A stretch of 47,156 bases of DNA from Acidobacteria bacterium RIFCSPLOWO2_12_FULL_65_11 (GTDB lineage: Bacteria > Acidobacteriota > Vicinamibacteria > Vicinamibacterales > CAVVIG01). Positions 46,719 to 47,156 of this stretch are shown here, one piece after another. Position 1 is the stretch's first letter. Every line of letters starts with the position of its first letter. The DNA lies in NCBI GenBank assembly GCA_001767495.1, contig MELA01000099.1, positions 9,877 to 57,032 of the forward strand. The letters run 5' to 3'. The position numbers and the translations under genes are program-made. The notes under the pieces were generated by a model. It saw only the letters and a program-made list of their open reading frames with translations. It had not been told where the DNA came from and ran no database searches.

Positions 46719-47156
46719 GACCGTCCTCCGTCGGCGGACGCGTGTGGCGCCGTGGCCGACGGCAGGTCGAGCCGAAGCTGCTCGTCAGGCGAAATCGACC
46801 CGCCAGGATGCCCCAGGACCGACGATCGATCGACCGCTGGACCTGCGCTATCCCCTGAAATCGGGGTCGGCAGGGTCACCGACGCGGCCAGGTAATGCCC
46901 GATGTACTCGGCGCCGATCACCTGTTCGTCGAGGCCGCGTGCGAAGGCGGCCCGCATCGCGTCGGGGCCGTACGTGGTGAGCCACCCATGAAGCCGCTCG
47001 ACGTCGCGCACCCAGATCCGCGGGCGGCGATGAATCAATTCGGTCAAGTATGCCAACGCGGGTGCGCCCAGCTCGAGCAGGTGCTTGTTAGCGAACGCTG
47101 AAATACGGCCACGAGCGAACGTCTGAAAACCGGCCACTTCGGGTAGGGCTTCTGAG
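45897..47156 (-). mobile_element. IS21-family insertion sequence (other end outside the window)
   Basis: istA-istB pair; TG terminus at 45897 with internal repeats GTTCCGGAAACTCTGGCC (45902-45919) and GTTCCGGAAATTCTGGCC (45925-45942). Confidence 0.9.
46715..47156 (-). CDS. istA: IS21 transposase IstA, C-terminal part
   Basis: 4-bp overlap with the istB start; helical C-terminal region; the DDE core is not visible in the window. Confidence 0.7.
   Translation of the reverse strand, partial: SEALPEVAGFQTFARGRISAFANKHLLELGAPALAYLTELIHRRPRIWVRDVERLHGWLTTYGPDAMRAAFARGLDEQVIGAEYIGHYLAASVTLPTPISGDSAGPAVDRSSVLGHPGGSISPDEQLRLDLPSATAPHASADGGRS

Overview
High-GC bacterial window; the protein and repeat style suggests Acidobacteriota (Vicinamibacteria-like), which is an inference. 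Positions 1-37.2 kb are mostly chromosomal cargo: a higBA toxin-antitoxin pair, an AAA_14/DUF4143 ATPase, an arfB - SLOG-like - ABC-F operon, many exported enzymes (two paralogous amidohydrolases, two paralogous Zn-ADH-like proteins, two MBL-fold proteins, a GSDH-type dehydrogenase, a Tat-exported double alpha/beta-hydrolase lacking catalytic residues, an M1 aminopeptidase), ogt, an EF-P paralogue with an EfpL/YeiP-type loop, a SigF/NrsF-type ECF pair with a matching promoter, a pstSCABB-phoU operon and glgP. This part is scattered with gene stumps and GTAG-type REP palindromes. From 37.35 kb a defence island begins: a DrmD-like SNF2 helicase and a DrmMI-like adenine methyltransferase (the class I DISARM layout). 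These are followed after only 15 bp by a reverse transcriptase that lacks the hallmarks of group II introns, retrons and DGRs, and that is cut at codon 456 by an IS21 element. The DISARM-embedded RT is the best candidate for an undescribed system. No rRNA, tRNA or CRISPR array was seen.
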